Shown here: positions 29,281 through 41,111 of the stretch, piece after piece
Layout of the letters: every line of letters starts with the position of its first letter
Position numbering within the stretch: the first letter of the stretch is position 1
Source of the DNA: Gammaproteobacteria bacterium
GTDB lineage: Bacteria; Pseudomonadota; Gammaproteobacteria; Ga0077536
Length of the DNA stretch: 64,000 nucleotides
Reading direction: 5' to 3'
Assembly: GCA_963662545.2 (NCBI GenBank)
Contig: CAXXLL010000002.1
Location: forward strand, 1,024,001 to 1,088,000
The notes under the pieces: generated by a model
The model's input: the letters and a program-made list of their open reading frames with translations, nothing else
What the model was told of the DNA's origin: nothing
The model's database searches: none
Made by a program: the position numbers and the translations under genes

Positions 29281-31059
29281 ATGCAGGCCGCACGGGAACA
29301 GATGACCAGAATTCTGCTGATCGAGGATGATGAGGCCGATTACGAGTTGACCTGCGCCATGCTCGATGACGTATCCGGTGTTCACTACGAGATCGATTGG
29401 GCACGCGATTACGACGACGGGCTCAAGGCCATTCGTTCGGCTGCGCACGACGTGTGTCTGCTCGACAATCGGCTTGGTGGCCGCAGCGGTCTCGAACTGC
29501 TTGATGCGTGCGGCGGTGCCATCGCTGCGTTACCGATCATCATCTTGACCGGTGTGGCCGACCGGCAGGTCGATGAAGCCGCCATGGAAGCAGGTGCTGC
29601 GGATTTTCTGGTTAAGGATCAACTCAGTCCCAATATTCTGGAACGGGCGGTCCGCTATGCGACCGAACGTCACCGCTTGCGCGCCGAACTCGAGCATTTA
29701 GCGAAATACGACGCCCTCACCGGTCTCGCCAGCCGCGTCCTGTTTCAGGATTTTCTCGACGGTGCGATGGCGCGCGCCGAACGCGGCAAGCGCCCCTTGG
29801 CACTGCTGTTTCTGGATCTGGACCACTTTAAATACATTAACGATACCTTCGGCCACGTAACCGGCGACGCGTTGCTGGCCGCGGTTGCCCAGCGCCTGAA
29901 GACGTGCGTGCGCACGGGTGATCTGGTCGCGCGTCTCGGCGGCGACGAGTTCGCCATCGTTCTCGATGATATCGGTACGACGGATAACGCGGCGCGGGTC
30001 GCGCGGAATATCGTCGAGGCGCTAAAGCAGCCATGCGAAATCGCCGGGCACGAAATTCACGCACAGACGAGTATCGGTATTGCGCTATATCCTAATGGCG
30101 TCAGTGATAGCGCCGAATTGATCAAGGCCGCCGATACGGCGATGTACGAAGCCAAGCGCCAGGGACGCAACACTTACCGTTTTTTTGCCCCGTCGATGCA
30201 GCAGGCCGCACGGGTCGCAGTCGACCTCGAGGCGGCGCTTGCGCAGGACGTCGCAAAGGACCAGTTCGCGATTCATTTTCAACCGCAGGTCGATGCCGCC
30301 ACGGGCATCATTGTGGGGATGGAAGCGCTGGCCCGGTGGCGGCGACATCCGCCATCGACATTCATTCCCGCAGCCGAACGCTCCGGCCTGATCATCCCGC
30401 TGGGCGATCGACTACTGCGGCGGGCATGCACGCACTTCAGTCGTTGGTGGCAGTCGGGACTGGCGGGTGTGGACGCGCGTCTAGCGGTCAACGTCTCGGC
30501 GGTACAACTCAAGGGCGACATCTTGATTGAAAGTGTATTAAAGGCGCTTGCGGCAAGCGGCCTGCCCGCGCATGTACTCGAACTCGAATTGACCGAAACG
30601 GCGGTGATGGACGATCCAGATAACGCGGTCGCCGTGCTGGAGCAGCTCGATCGATTGGGCGTGATAATCGTGACGGATGATTTTGGTACCGGTTATTCCT
30701 CGCTCACCTATCTCAACCGGCTGCCAATCCGGGCGCTCAAGATTGACTATTCCTTTGTCAAGGACATCGGCATCGACGAACAAAGCGAAACCATCATCAA
30801 GGCGACTATCGGTCTGACGCAAAATCTCGGTCTCGATGTCGTGGCCGAAGGTGTTGAAACCGAAGCGCAGGCCGCCTTCCTGCTCGATAACGGTTGTCGC
30901 GTGATGCAGGGCTGGCTGTTCAGCCGCGCGCTGCCGCCGGAGGCGATGGAACGCCGGCTTGCGGCGGGGCCGTTCGCCCCCCTGCGATTTGGAGGGTATG
31001 ACCATGCCGATGTAACCGGAGCAACCATCGTCACGGTCGGTGCTCTGGCGAGGAATTAG
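29281..31059 (+). CDS. REC-GGDEF-EAL c-di-GMP signalling protein
   Basis: ILLIEDD...LLD receiver; RTGD I-site and GGDEF; EALAR; DDFGTGYSS; VAEGVE. Confidence 0.95.
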   Translation: MQAAREQMTRILLIEDDEADYELTCAMLDDVSGVHYEIDWARDYDDGLKAIRSAAHDVCLLDNRLGGRSGLELLDACGGAIAALPIIILTGVADRQVDEAAMEAGAADFLVKDQLSPNILERAVRYATERHRLRAELEHLAKYDALTGLASRVLFQDFLDGAMARAERGKRPLALLFLDLDHFKYINDTFGHVTGDALLAAVAQRLKTCVRTGDLVARLGGDEFAIVLDDIGTTDNAARVARNIVEALKQPCEIAGHEIHAQTSIGIALYPNGVSDSAELIKAADTAMYEAKRQGRNTYRFFAPSMQQAARVAVDLEAALAQDVAKDQFAIHFQPQVDAATGIIVGMEALARWRRHPPSTFIPAAERSGLIIPLGDRLLRRACTHFSRWWQSGLAGVDARLAVNVSAVQLKGDILIESVLKALAASGLPAHVLELELTETAVMDDPDNAVAVLEQLDRLGVIIVTDDFGTGYSSLTYLNRLPIRALKIDYSFVKDIGIDEQSETIIKATIGLTQNLGLDVVAEGVETEAQAAFLLDNGCRVMQGWLFSRALPPEAMERRLAAGPFAPLRFGGYDHADVTGATIVTVGALARN

Positions 31060-33844
31060 GTTGTGAACACCGAAACAATGGACGTCTTTGCGTCGCGAAG
31101 TGCGAGCCCGAATCCCGCTACCCGTATACACCGGCGAATCCTGATCTATTGGCTGACTGCCGCAGGGCTTGCGGCGGCATACGCGGTATTGCGGGGCGCC
31201 ACCTGGCAGGGCACTGCTAACTTGCACACGGGCATGGAAACAGTCGCAACCATCCTCGCCCTAATGGCAGGGCTATTACTGTTACGCCGCTGGCGCCGTG
31301 TCGGCGGCTCGCTGCCGCTCATCCTCGGCGTCGGATTCATCGGCACCGGATTCCTCGACGGTTACCACGCACTGGTGACCTCGGCGGCGTTGAAACACTA
31401 CCTGCCGTCCGACCTGGCCTCGTTGATCCCGTGGAGTTGGATCGCCTCGCGGCTCTATCTCTCATTGCTGCTGTTAATGAGCATCGCGGTATGGCGGCGC
31501 GAGCAGCGCCTGGGCGCCGCCGGGCGCGTCGATACCGACACCATTTTCCTCGGCTGCATCGCGTTGACCCTGCTCAGCTTTCTGTTCTTCTCCCTGGTGC
31601 CGCTGCCGCCGGCTTATTACCCCGAAATACTCTTTCATCGCCCCGAGGAATTCGTCCCGGCGATTTTCTTTGGCATCGCACTGTCGGGCTACCTTCGCAA
31701 GGGCGACTGGCGCCACGACGTCTTCGAGCATTGGCTGGTGCTGGCGCTGATCATCAATCTGGTCGCGCAGGTGGTGTTCATGTCCTTTTCCGGGCGGCTG
31801 TTCGATTTCGAGTTCGATGCTGCGCACATGCTGAAGAAGCTGAGCTATATGTGCGTGCTGTGTGGGCTGGTATGGAGCCACCTGCAGGGCAGCGATCGGC
31901 GCCAGCCGGCAAGCCTTGTTGGCGGAACGCCGCATAGGGGTGCGGTGCTCGCCGGCGTTTCGTTCGGCATTGCCCGGCAGATCGTGCTCATGATCTCGCT
32001 GATCGTGGTCGGTGCAGTGGCCGTGACGACATCCATCGTGTGGGTGCATTTGCGTACCGCCTTGTATCACGACACCGCGCATTCACTCGAATGGCAGGGA
32101 AGACTCGTAGCCCAGGAGCTGCAGGCGATGAGCGGTAAAGCGGCCGCGACGGCGCGGTACTTCGCCGCTGCGCCGCCCGTCCAATTTCTCGTCGCGGCCG
32201 GGACGAACGATGAACGCGCGAGCGGGAAAACGCAACGACAGGTCACGCTGCTTGGGGATCTGCTGCGTAATGTATTTGATGTCTTCCCTTTGTACCGGAG
32301 TATTCGGGTGCTCGGTCGAATCGACGGTGAATGGGCGAACGTCGCGGCCGTGGCGCGATCACCCGATGACACGCGCTCGCTAGGAAGCGGAATCGGCGTG
32401 CGGCGTTGGGCGGCGGTGCTGGATGACATGAGCGTGACAGGCGAGCACCAGGTTCGCATTATCGCGCCGACCGCGGGTGCGCCGGCGGCGTTTTATGTCG
32501 CGATGCCGATTCAGGTCTCGGCGTCGCCCTGGGCCGGGCTTATTGTGATCGAACTCGATTTCGCACGGGTGCTCGCCGAACTCGCGCGGTTCGAGCAACC
32601 GGATGTGGTGATGCTACTGCTTGATGAGCACGGTGCGCCGCTGGCGCCAGCGGACATGCCGAAGTCCAAAAGCGAGCTTAGATCATTGATTCGACAATTG
32701 GCACATACCGGCATCGAATCTGCATCGAGCAATACGTCCAGCGCGAAACGGCGTCATCTGGCCGATGGCCGGACGGCGGTCGTGCATGAACGCCGTGTGG
32801 AACTTGAACCTGCGAACGGTAGCGCTTCTTTGCACCTGGTACTGGCGGCGGATCCCGAATCGACACTGATCGGTGCCCGCGCCAGCGGCCGCCAGGCACT
32901 GACGGCTGCCGCCATCGTTACGGGTGTCGCGCTTCTCGTCGGTTGGTGGTTTGGTCGTGCGCTCATCGGCCCATTGCGGCACATCGCGCAGGTATCGGCC
33001 GCCTACGGAAAGGGATCCGGGCGAACTGACCTACCGGTTGCCGCGAGCGATGAAATCGGCGTCGTAGCGCGTGCCCTCAGCGATATGATCAATCAGATCG
33101 AGGCGCGCACGGCCGAGCTTGAACGCGAGGTCTCCGAGCGCACGCAGGCGCAGAGCCGGCTCGCCGAAAAAAGCGTCGAAATCGAACGCTCCAATGAGGA
33201 GCTTGGCCAGTTTGCCTACGTGGCCTCCCACGACCTGCAGGAACCGCTGCGCACGGTGACGAGCTTCGTGCAGTTATTGCGCAAAAAACATGGCGGGGAA
33301 CTCGGCGAGGACGCCGATCGTTACATTCAGCATGCGATCGACGGTTGCGACCGCATGAAATGCTTGATTAAGGACCTGCTGACTTATTCGCGCATCGGTG
33401 GCGACACTGTCGATCATCACCCGGTTGACAGTGCAGCCGTATTGGATCAATGCCTGTCCGATTTGACCACGGCGATTGACGATGCCGGCGCACAGGTGTC
33501 CACCGGTCCGCTGCCACGTGTGATTGCCGACGAGAGCCAGCTGCGCACGCTGCTTCAAAACTTGATCGTCAATGCGCTCAAATATCGCGGCGAAACCGTG
33601 CCGGAGATCTCGATCGGCGCCCGGCAAGTGGATGATGAATGCGAATTCTTCGTTACCGACAACGGAATCGGTATCGAATCCGAATATTTCGGGCTCATTT
33701 TCGGTGTATTTCAGCGCCTGCACGGACGTGGCGAATACGAAGGTACCGGTGTTGGTCTGTAACCGGTCAATCCAGGCCGTTATTCACGGTCTCGGGCAGA
33801 TGGTTTAGTTTGCCAGGTTTCCCAGTCAATCGGGAGCTTGGTAA

Positions 33845-34135
33845 ATGAATGATCACGGAAAACCTCGGAACAAACGACGTAGTGCGGATGAGTGGCGTGG
33901 CCTATTAGCGGAGCAGGCACAAAGCGGTTCATCGATCCGCGCATTCTGTGCTGAGCGAGGAATTGGATATTCGACGTTCAGTAAAAGGAAGTCGAGGTCA
34001 GCGAGGGACGCTCAGATAGGGAAGGCGGAAACACGTTTCGTCGAGTTGGCCCCGTTACAACCATTAACCAATGCACAATGGGATATCGAGTTAGCGCTCG
34101 GTGATGACATCGTGCTACGTGTGTCACGGCACTGA
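33845..34135 (+). CDS. tnpA: IS66 accessory protein TnpA
   Basis: W..L...QSG.SIRAFC..RGI.YSTF HTH and FVEL motif. Confidence 0.9.
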   Translation: MNDHGKPRNKRRSADEWRGLLAEQAQSGSSIRAFCAERGIGYSTFSKRKSRSARDAQIGKAETRFVELAPLQPLTNAQWDIELALGDDIVLRVSRH

Positions 34136-34503
34136 TGTGGTCGCCCCCATCGGGTTTGCGTATATGGTTATGTCGGGCACCGACTGATATGCGTCAATCG
34201 TTCCATGGTTTATCGGCGTTGGTGCGGCAGGCGTTACACGAGGAGCCCCTCGATGGGGCACTGTACGTTTTCGTCAATCGCCGGCGTACGTTATTAAAAG
34301 CGCTGTACTTTGAGTCGGACGGATATTGTCTGTGGAGTAAGAAACTCGAACGCGGTCAGTTCCAGGTTCGGTGGAATAGCGAGGTCAAACAGCGGCTGCA
34401 ACGCAGCGAATGGCAGTGCATTATTGAAGGGATCGATCTACGCTCAGTGCGTCGATTAAAACGGTTTCGATTACCGGAAAACGATCGACGGTCAGCAGTG
34501 TAA
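34135..34503 (+). CDS. tnpB: IS66 accessory protein TnpB
   Basis: PTDMRQSFHGL, LYVFVNRRR, KKLERGQF. Confidence 0.95.
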   Translation: MWSPPSGLRIWLCRAPTDMRQSFHGLSALVRQALHEEPLDGALYVFVNRRRTLLKALYFESDGYCLWSKKLERGQFQVRWNSEVKQRLQRSEWQCIIEGIDLRSVRRLKRFRLPENDRRSAV

Positions 34504-35901
34504 ACGGTACAATACGTACCCATGAATGGGGGTTATGCAACGCCGGAAATATCACTTGATGCGGCGGTGTTACAAGCGGAAAACACAGCCCTCAAAACGC
34601 AGGTCGCCACACTCACCCAACAACTCGACTGGTTCAAACGCCAACTGTTCGGTCGCAAGTCTGAACGGCGGCTGATTGATCCCAATCCCGATCAACGGTT
34701 ACTCAATGGCTTCGAGGATGAGTCGTCATCGACGGCGGCGGTTGAGAAAGAAACGATCACTTATCAGCGGCGCAAAGGAAAGCGCCGTGGCGATGATTGT
34801 GTGACTGATCAAGGGTTACGTTTCGATGACTCGGTGCCGATTGAATGCATCCAATTGTCGGTACCTGAAGATGTCGCGGATGCGTTTGAAGCGAGCAGTG
34901 AAAAGATCACCTATCGTTTAGCGCAACGGCCGGCGGCCTATGTGGTCTTGAAGTACATCCAACCGGTAGTGAAGCGCAAAAGCGACGGTCAGATCTTCAC
35001 GATCCCGGCGCCCGATGGTCTGTGGTCCGGCTCATTGGCGGATGTGAGTGTGGTTGCGGGGATGCTGGTTGATAAGTTCGCTTATCACCTGCCGCTGTAC
35101 CGTCAACATCAACGAATGGGGCTGAACGGCATTACCGTGGCGCGGTCGAGTCTGACGCACTGGGTGCAGAAGGCAAGTGACCTGTTGAAGCCGATTTATC
35201 TGGCGCAGTTGCGGCATATCTTGTTATCGAAGACGCTGGCGATGGATGAAACGCCGATTAAGGCGGGTCGCTCGGGCAAGGGCAAGATGAACGCGGCGTG
35301 GTATTGGCCAATTTATGGCGAAGCGGATGAGATTGCGTTCACGTTTGCGCGAACCAAGGCGCGGTCGCACATCGACAAAACGTTGGTGGACTTTAAAGGC
35401 ACCTTACTAACCGATGGCGCCGCGGCTTATGCGCGTTTTGCCGCCGATCGCGGCGATGAAGTCGTGCATGCGCAATGCTGGGCGCACACGCGTCGTCAGT
35501 TCGAAAGGGCATTATCCGATAGGCCACAAAGTGCGGCGCAGGCACTTGATTTGATCGCGGCACTGTATGCCGTTGAGGCCACCATCCGTGACCAGGCAAT
35601 GGATGAAGCGGCGACCCAGACCTACCGCAGCCGGTACGCCTTGCCTGCGGTTGATGCATTTTTTGCCTGGCTTGACGAGCAACGCCAGTGCATGGGTTTA
35701 TTACCGAGTCAGCCGTTTACGAAGGCGCTGGCCTATGCAGCCGAGCGTGAGGGCGCGTTACGTGTTTACTTATCGGATGCGAGCGTCGCGATCGACACGA
35801 ATCATTTAGAGCGCGCTCTGAGACCCATTCCGATGGGCCGAAAGAATTGGATGTTCTGTTGGACTGAGGTGGGCGCTGAACACGTTGGGATCATACAAAG
35901 T

Positions 35902-37286
35902 GGGTCTACGCGGATTCATGTGGGTAAATTCTGAATTAGACCAAGTGTAAACCATTGAAATCATGTAGACATTCAGAGATTTCGTATGGGGTGAAAGTGG
36001 TTTCATTTTGTGGGTAGGCTAAGGCCATGAAGAATCCCAAGTCGATCCGAGCGCTGTTTGCGTTCCCTGGTTTTACCGCCGCATCGAAATTGGTGGGCAT
36101 GTTTGGTGATCGGTATGCCCGTGTGATCCAACTCAAGAGGCGAAAAAAACAGCGATCTGTTCTCACTGTGCTCACCGGTGCCGCGGGCGTTACGACAAGA
36201 AGGTGCTGCGAGTACGAGACCTGTCAGTTGCCGGATGGCGAATCTACCTGGAGTTCGAACGCTGGCGTGTCAGTTGCCGGAGGTGCGGCGGCGTGCAGGT
36301 AGAACATCTTGACTGGCTGGCAAAGAACCCTCGCTATACGCAGCGCTTTGCCATGCAGGTGGGCAAGCTGTGCCGGGACATGCCGAACCAGGCTGTCGCC
36401 GAGAGGGAACGCCTGCACCACAGCACGGTGAAAGACCTCGATAAGCTGTACATGCAAAAGCAGGTTGAGCTGGCGGGCATGCCAGCACCCCGGGCCATCG
36501 GTATTGATGAGATCTCCATCCGCAAAGGACATAACTACCGGGTCATCGTCAGTGACCTGGATCGGGGGCGTCCTATCTGGGTCGGTGGTGAAGGTCGCAA
36601 AGAGGCTGACATCGACCTGTTTTTCCAGGCATTGGGCGAGAACAAGAGCGCTCGCATCGAACTGGCGGCGATGGACATGTGGAAGCCGTTCCGTAACTCG
36701 GTCATGAACAACGCACCGCAGGCGCGGATCATCTATGACAAGTTCCATATCATGCGCCACCTCTCAAAGGCTCTCGATGAAGTCCGGCGCCGTGAATACA
36801 AACGTCTCCGCGGCAAGGACAGGAGTTACATCAAAGGCCAGCGATATACCTTGCTCTCGCGACGCGAGAACCTGAATCTGGATGGCAGACGAGCCCTGAA
36901 AAAACTGCTCCAGGCCAACCGGCGTCTGAACACCGCCTACGTCCTCAAGGAAACCTTCGGCCAACTCTGGGACTACCGTACCGAGCGCGGCGCGCGTGCC
37001 TTTTTCGAGCGCTGGAAGGACAGTCTGAAATGGCAGCGATTGGCGCCGTATCGCAAGTTTGCTGAGCTGATTGAATCCCATTGGGATGGCATTGCTTCCT
37101 ATTGTGATGCTAAGAATAAAGTCAGTCTTGGATTGGTCGAAGGGGTCAACAACAAAATCCGGGTCCTGCAACGACGCGCCTATGGCTATCGTGATGAGGA
37201 ATTCCTCAAACTGAAAATCATTGCGGCATTTCTTCCGCCACTACCCAGAAATGCCAATATCAACCCACACGTTTCCGCGTAGACCC
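35902..37286 (+). mobile_element. ISL3-family insertion sequence
   Basis: TIR GGGTCTACGCGGA; 8-bp TSD TACAAAGT at 35894-35901 and 37287-37294. Confidence 0.96.
36027..37282 (+). CDS. ISL3 transposase, two overlapping frames joined by a probable -1 frameshift
   Basis: IGIDE, AMDMW, DKFH, EGVNNKI...RRAYGYR; A7 run at 36143-36149 links the 36027 frame to the zinc-finger frame. Confidence 0.88.
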
Positions 37287-37679
37287 TACAAAGTTTGATC
37301 TGTACTTGCCGAATACACGGCATTAATCCGTACACCTACCTGGTTGATGTACTCCAGAGGATCGCGATCCATCCGGATAGCGCAGTGGAACAACTCACGC
37401 CTCGGGTGTGGAAGACATTGTTCGCTACCCAACCGCTGCGTTCTAACTTGGCCGTCGTTACCGCAACACGAGATCAATTACCAGACGCCGCCGTTTGACC
37501 GGTTACGTTGGTCTGTCCGTGTGTAAGAAAATCGTCGAAGCGCATGGCGGGCGTATCTGGGTCGAATCGACGCCGGGCCTGGGTTCGACGTTCCGCTTTA
37601 CTCTAAAGGCCGTCGCGGACCACGCTAATAATTTCGATGCGGGTGGGGCTCTCGTATCTCAAGATGAGGTGACAACAAC

Positions 37680-38144
37680 ATGAACGAACATAGCGCGGCA
37701 AGTCGCAGCGTGGACATACTCATGGTCGAGGACAATCCGGCCGACGTCGAACTCGCCATCGAGGCACTGCACGGCGCACAGATCCAAAGCAATATTCATA
37801 TCGTCGACGATGGCGTGCGGGCTCTTGAGTACCTACGCCGCGATGGCGAATACCGCGACGAACCGCGGCCGAGCCTGATCCTGCTCGACCTCAACCTGCC
37901 GCGTAAGGACGGCCGTGAGGTGCTGGCTGAACTCAAAAACGACGATGACTTGAAATCCATTCCGGTGGTCGTGCTCACGACCAGTGACGCCGATGAGGAC
38001 GTGCTCAAGAGCTATGACTTGCACTGCAATTGTTACGTCACCAAGCCGTATGATTTCGAAGACTTCGTAGGCGTCATCAAAGCCATCGAGGGCTTCTGGT
38101 TGAGCGTGGTAAAACTACCGGTGAAGGTTCGTACTCTTGCCTGA
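37680..38144 (+). CDS. single-domain response regulator (Rcp1-like)
   Basis: [35 protein letters not shown]; overlaps the kinase stop (ATGA). Confidence 0.95.
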   Translation: MNEHSAASRSVDILMVEDNPADVELAIEALHGAQIQSNIHIVDDGVRALEYLRRDGEYRDEPRPSLILLDLNLPRKDGREVLAELKNDDDLKSIPVVVLTTSDADEDVLKSYDLHCNCYVTKPYDFEDFVGVIKAIEGFWLSVVKLPVKVRTLA

Positions 38145-38158
38145 CGGCGTTTGGATTT

Positions 38159-39424
38159 TCAACCCGACTCGCGCTGCCTTTGCACATCGATCGTGGCGGT
38201 CTTGACTGCGGCTTTGACCACCGGCACGTCTTCGCGGGCCAGCGGCTGCATGTAATCCTTGCGTGCCAGCGCGGCCTGGATGAACGGTGCGAGTTTTTTG
38301 GCTTTCACTGATTCGCGCTCGGCGACGTCCCGGGAAAAATCGGGCATCACGGTGCGGGCGAACAATTCGAGGGATTCACAGATATTCTTGTGGGAATTCC
38401 GGCCGGCCTGCTGCAGAAAGACCACCTGGTCGACGCCCGCGTCCTGCATGCTGGCGAGGTGCCGCTGCATGTCGTCCGGCGTGCCGATACCCGCGCCGTC
38501 GTATTCGCCGCGAGCGAGCGCCGCCTGGATGAGGGCGTCCGAGGCATCGCCGCGCTTTTCTTGAAACTCCTTCCAGATGTTGCTGTAGCCAGGCACGAAA
38601 TCCTCGGCTACGAGCTTCTGCTGTGAGTAACGGAAGAACTCGAAATGATCCTGGCCGCGCCGAATGGCTTCGCCGCGGTCCTCGTGCATGGAAAAGGCTG
38701 AGACCATGGCGAGCCTGGCATTGACCGACCAGCCGACCGGCACGCATTCCTCACTCTTGATGATGTCGTAGTAGATCGTCGACCAGGTCCGGGCTTCTTC
38801 CGGATCCAGGAAGGAAAAGGCGAGTGCGCCGACGCCATTGCGCGCGGCAACCTTGATCGTCTCGCGATTTGTGCACGCCATCCAGAGCGGTGGATGGGGC
38901 TTTTGCAGTGGCTTGGGGAGCACGTTGCGACACGGCATCGAAAACCCTTCACCGTCGAAGCCCGGATACGGCGTCAGCACCATCATGTTGCAGATTTGCT
39001 CGGTCGCTTCGAGCGCCATTGCACGCTTGGTCTTCGCGGGTATCCCGAAGGCACCGAGTTCTAGCCGCGTCGCCCCTTCGCCGATACCGAACTCGAGCCG
39101 CCCGTCCGAAAGCAAGTCCAAAGTCGCAAGACCCTCGGCGGTACGCGCCGGATGGTTGTATTTCGGTATGACCTGACGGATCCCGTGGCCGATCCGGATG
39201 TTCTTCGTCTTCGCTGCGGCCGCGGCGAGGAACACTTCCGGCGCCGAAGAATGCGAATACTCATCGAGAAAATGATGTTCCACCTGCCATGCAAAATCGA
39301 AACCCAAGCGGTCCGCGAGGACAACTTGTTCCAGCGCGTCCTTGAACAGGCGGTGTTCGTCGCCCTCGTTCCAGGGACGAGGGAGTTGTAATTCGTAGAA
39401 GACGCCAAAACGCATGTAAGACAC
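38159..39424 (-). CDS. LLM-class flavin-dependent oxidoreductase
   Basis: ADRLGFD..WQVEHHF, HPARTAE..ATLD, PKPLQKPHPPLW. Confidence 0.92.
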   Translation of the reverse strand: MSYMRFGVFYELQLPRPWNEGDEHRLFKDALEQVVLADRLGFDFAWQVEHHFLDEYSHSSAPEVFLAAAAAKTKNIRIGHGIRQVIPKYNHPARTAEGLATLDLLSDGRLEFGIGEGATRLELGAFGIPAKTKRAMALEATEQICNMMVLTPYPGFDGEGFSMPCRNVLPKPLQKPHPPLWMACTNRETIKVAARNGVGALAFSFLDPEEARTWSTIYYDIIKSEECVPVGWSVNARLAMVSAFSMHEDRGEAIRRGQDHFEFFRYSQQKLVAEDFVPGYSNIWKEFQEKRGDASDALIQAALARGEYDGAGIGTPDDMQRHLASMQDAGVDQVVFLQQAGRNSHKNICESLELFARTVMPDFSRDVAERESVKAKKLAPFIQAALARKDYMQPLAREDVPVVKAAVKTATIDVQRQRESG

Positions 39425-39536
39425 TCCATTCTATCGATCCGATATTTGGTTCATACTGACTGCTGGGTCGAATTCAGTCAATTTCCCCATAAAGAAATTG
39501 CCGATTTGAGGAATTCCAGATGCAGCGAATCGAGAC

Positions 39537-40391
39537 GTGGCCGCAAGGACTGAAGAAATGAGCGCAATGAGTTCATCGGAGCAGACAGTCGTGCAGCCTG
39601 GCGACGGACTTTATCGCGCGGAAGCGGGTTTCGAATTCCCGGTCGAGAACATCACGATTACGCGGGATGAGCAGCGTCGTCTGCACGGCTGGTGTGACAT
39701 CGAACCCGAGGTATTCGGAGAAGTGGCCGACCCGACGTTCGTCGCGCGCCGTCCGATCTTGCTCAACACGGCGATGATCCGCCAGTCGCGCCCGCGCTGG
39801 GGGCAGGTGCACACCGTGCATCGCGTCACGCAGCACCGTCCGATTCGGCTCGACGAAGCGCTGGTGATGAGCGGGCGCATCAACTCGCTCGAACCGCACC
39901 CTAAAGGCGTCGTGATCAAGAGCACGTGGAACTACCGTGACGCGCGCGGAGAGATCCCTTTCATCGTCGAACCCGACGTCCTCATGGTCGACCCGGATAT
40001 AGCGCCGCCACCGAGGTCGGCGCGATCCGAACGCGATGTTGACGCTGAAAAGTATGAATTCCTTACCAAGAAACACTGCACCCCGGAATCGACGCTCGGC
40101 TATTGTGAAGGCAGCGAGAATGCGATTCACCTCGACCCCGAATATGCGCGCGGATTCGGCTTTCGCGCTCCGATCATCGCGGGCATTCAGACCGTAAACT
40201 TTCTGATGGAGCCGGTCTATCGCAAACAGCCGCCGGATACGCTCGAGCTCCACATACGGTTCCTGCGTCCTGTTTTCTGGGACGACACGCTGGTCATCGA
40301 AGGACGTACGGACGACAGCGGTGTATTGCAGGCCGTCCGTGCGCTCAACGCGGACGGCAAATGCGTTGCCGATTGCCAGCTCGCCGGTTGA
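39537..40391 (+). CDS. double-hotdog MaoC-family dehydratase
   Basis: [30 protein letters not shown]. Confidence 0.85.
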   Translation: MAARTEEMSAMSSSEQTVVQPGDGLYRAEAGFEFPVENITITRDEQRRLHGWCDIEPEVFGEVADPTFVARRPILLNTAMIRQSRPRWGQVHTVHRVTQHRPIRLDEALVMSGRINSLEPHPKGVVIKSTWNYRDARGEIPFIVEPDVLMVDPDIAPPPRSARSERDVDAEKYEFLTKKHCTPESTLGYCEGSENAIHLDPEYARGFGFRAPIIAGIQTVNFLMEPVYRKQPPDTLELHIRFLRPVFWDDTLVIEGRTDDSGVLQAVRALNADGKCVADCQLAG

Positions 40392-40429
40392 GATCTGACC
40401 CCCTCCACTCGGCCGTCAACGCCGACCGA

Positions 40430-41095
40430 ATGATGATGAATTGTGATCCCGCGCTCAAAGCGCGCATCAGCGCCCACCTTGCAGCGTTCACCTTGAACGA
40501 GGGCGATAAGGGGGAGGGAAAAGCGGCCGCCGTCGCGCTCGCCATCGTTGACGAGGGATTCGGCGCGGATCTGTCCGGCCTCCCCGAACATGAAAGCTGG
40601 CAATCGCGAGCCGCCCTCATTCTGACTCGGCGCTCGTTGAAGTTACGCACTCACCCGGGCCAGTGGGCTCTGCCGGGCGGCCGCGTCGACGACGGCGAAA
40701 CGCCGGAACAGACAGCGCTGCGCGAAATGCGGGAGGAAGTGGGACTCGAGCTCCGTGAGGATGCAGTCCTCGGCCGGCTCGACGATTTCATCACGCGCTC
40801 GGGATTCATGATCACCCCGATCGTGATCTGGGCCGGCCCCGGGAGCGAGCTGGTCGCGAACGAGGAAGAAGTGGATTCGATCCACCGCATTCCGGTCGCG
40901 GAGTTCCTGCGCGACGACGCCCCGTTGCTCGATCACGAGGAAGGCGAGACAGCGCCCGTCCTGCGCATGCCGATCGGCGACGCCTGGATCGCCGCGCCGA
41001 CCGCGGCGATGCTGTATCAGTTCGCCCAGGTCTGCCTGCTCGGCAACGACGTACGCGTAGCGCATTACGACCAGCCGCGTTTCGCGTGGCGGTGA
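40430..41095 (+). CDS. Nudix CoA pyrophosphatase (NudL-like)
   Basis: [14 protein letters not shown] plus Nudix box [23 protein letters not shown]. Confidence 0.9.
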   Translation: MMMNCDPALKARISAHLAAFTLNEGDKGEGKAAAVALAIVDEGFGADLSGLPEHESWQSRAALILTRRSLKLRTHPGQWALPGGRVDDGETPEQTALREMREEVGLELREDAVLGRLDDFITRSGFMITPIVIWAGPGSELVANEEEVDSIHRIPVAEFLRDDAPLLDHEEGETAPVLRMPIGDAWIAAPTAAMLYQFAQVCLLGNDVRVAHYDQPRFAWR

Positions 41096-41111
41096 GTGGA
41101 ATTCAGCTTTA

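Larger units (their letters stand above)
34522..37498 (+). pseudogene. tnpC: IS66 transposase TnpC split by ISL3
   Basis: LFGRKSER, HLPLYRQ, DETP, CWAHTRR, ERALRPIPMGRKNW; frame resumes at 37295 (SLICTCRIHGINPYTYL). Confidence 0.95.
33759..37506 (+). mobile_element. IS66-family insertion sequence (contains nested ISL3)
   Basis: TIR GTAACCGGTCAA / TTGACCGGTTAC; 8-bp TSD GTTGGTCT at 33751-33758 and 37507-37514; tnpA-tnpB-tnpC order. Confidence 0.97.
31063..37683 (+). pseudogene. membrane sensor histidine kinase (MASE3-like, HAMP, HisKA, HATPase) disrupted by IS66
   Basis: ASHDLQEPLR H-box; 31063-33758 joins in frame to 37515-37683, restoring [24 protein letters not shown]. Confidence 0.93.
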
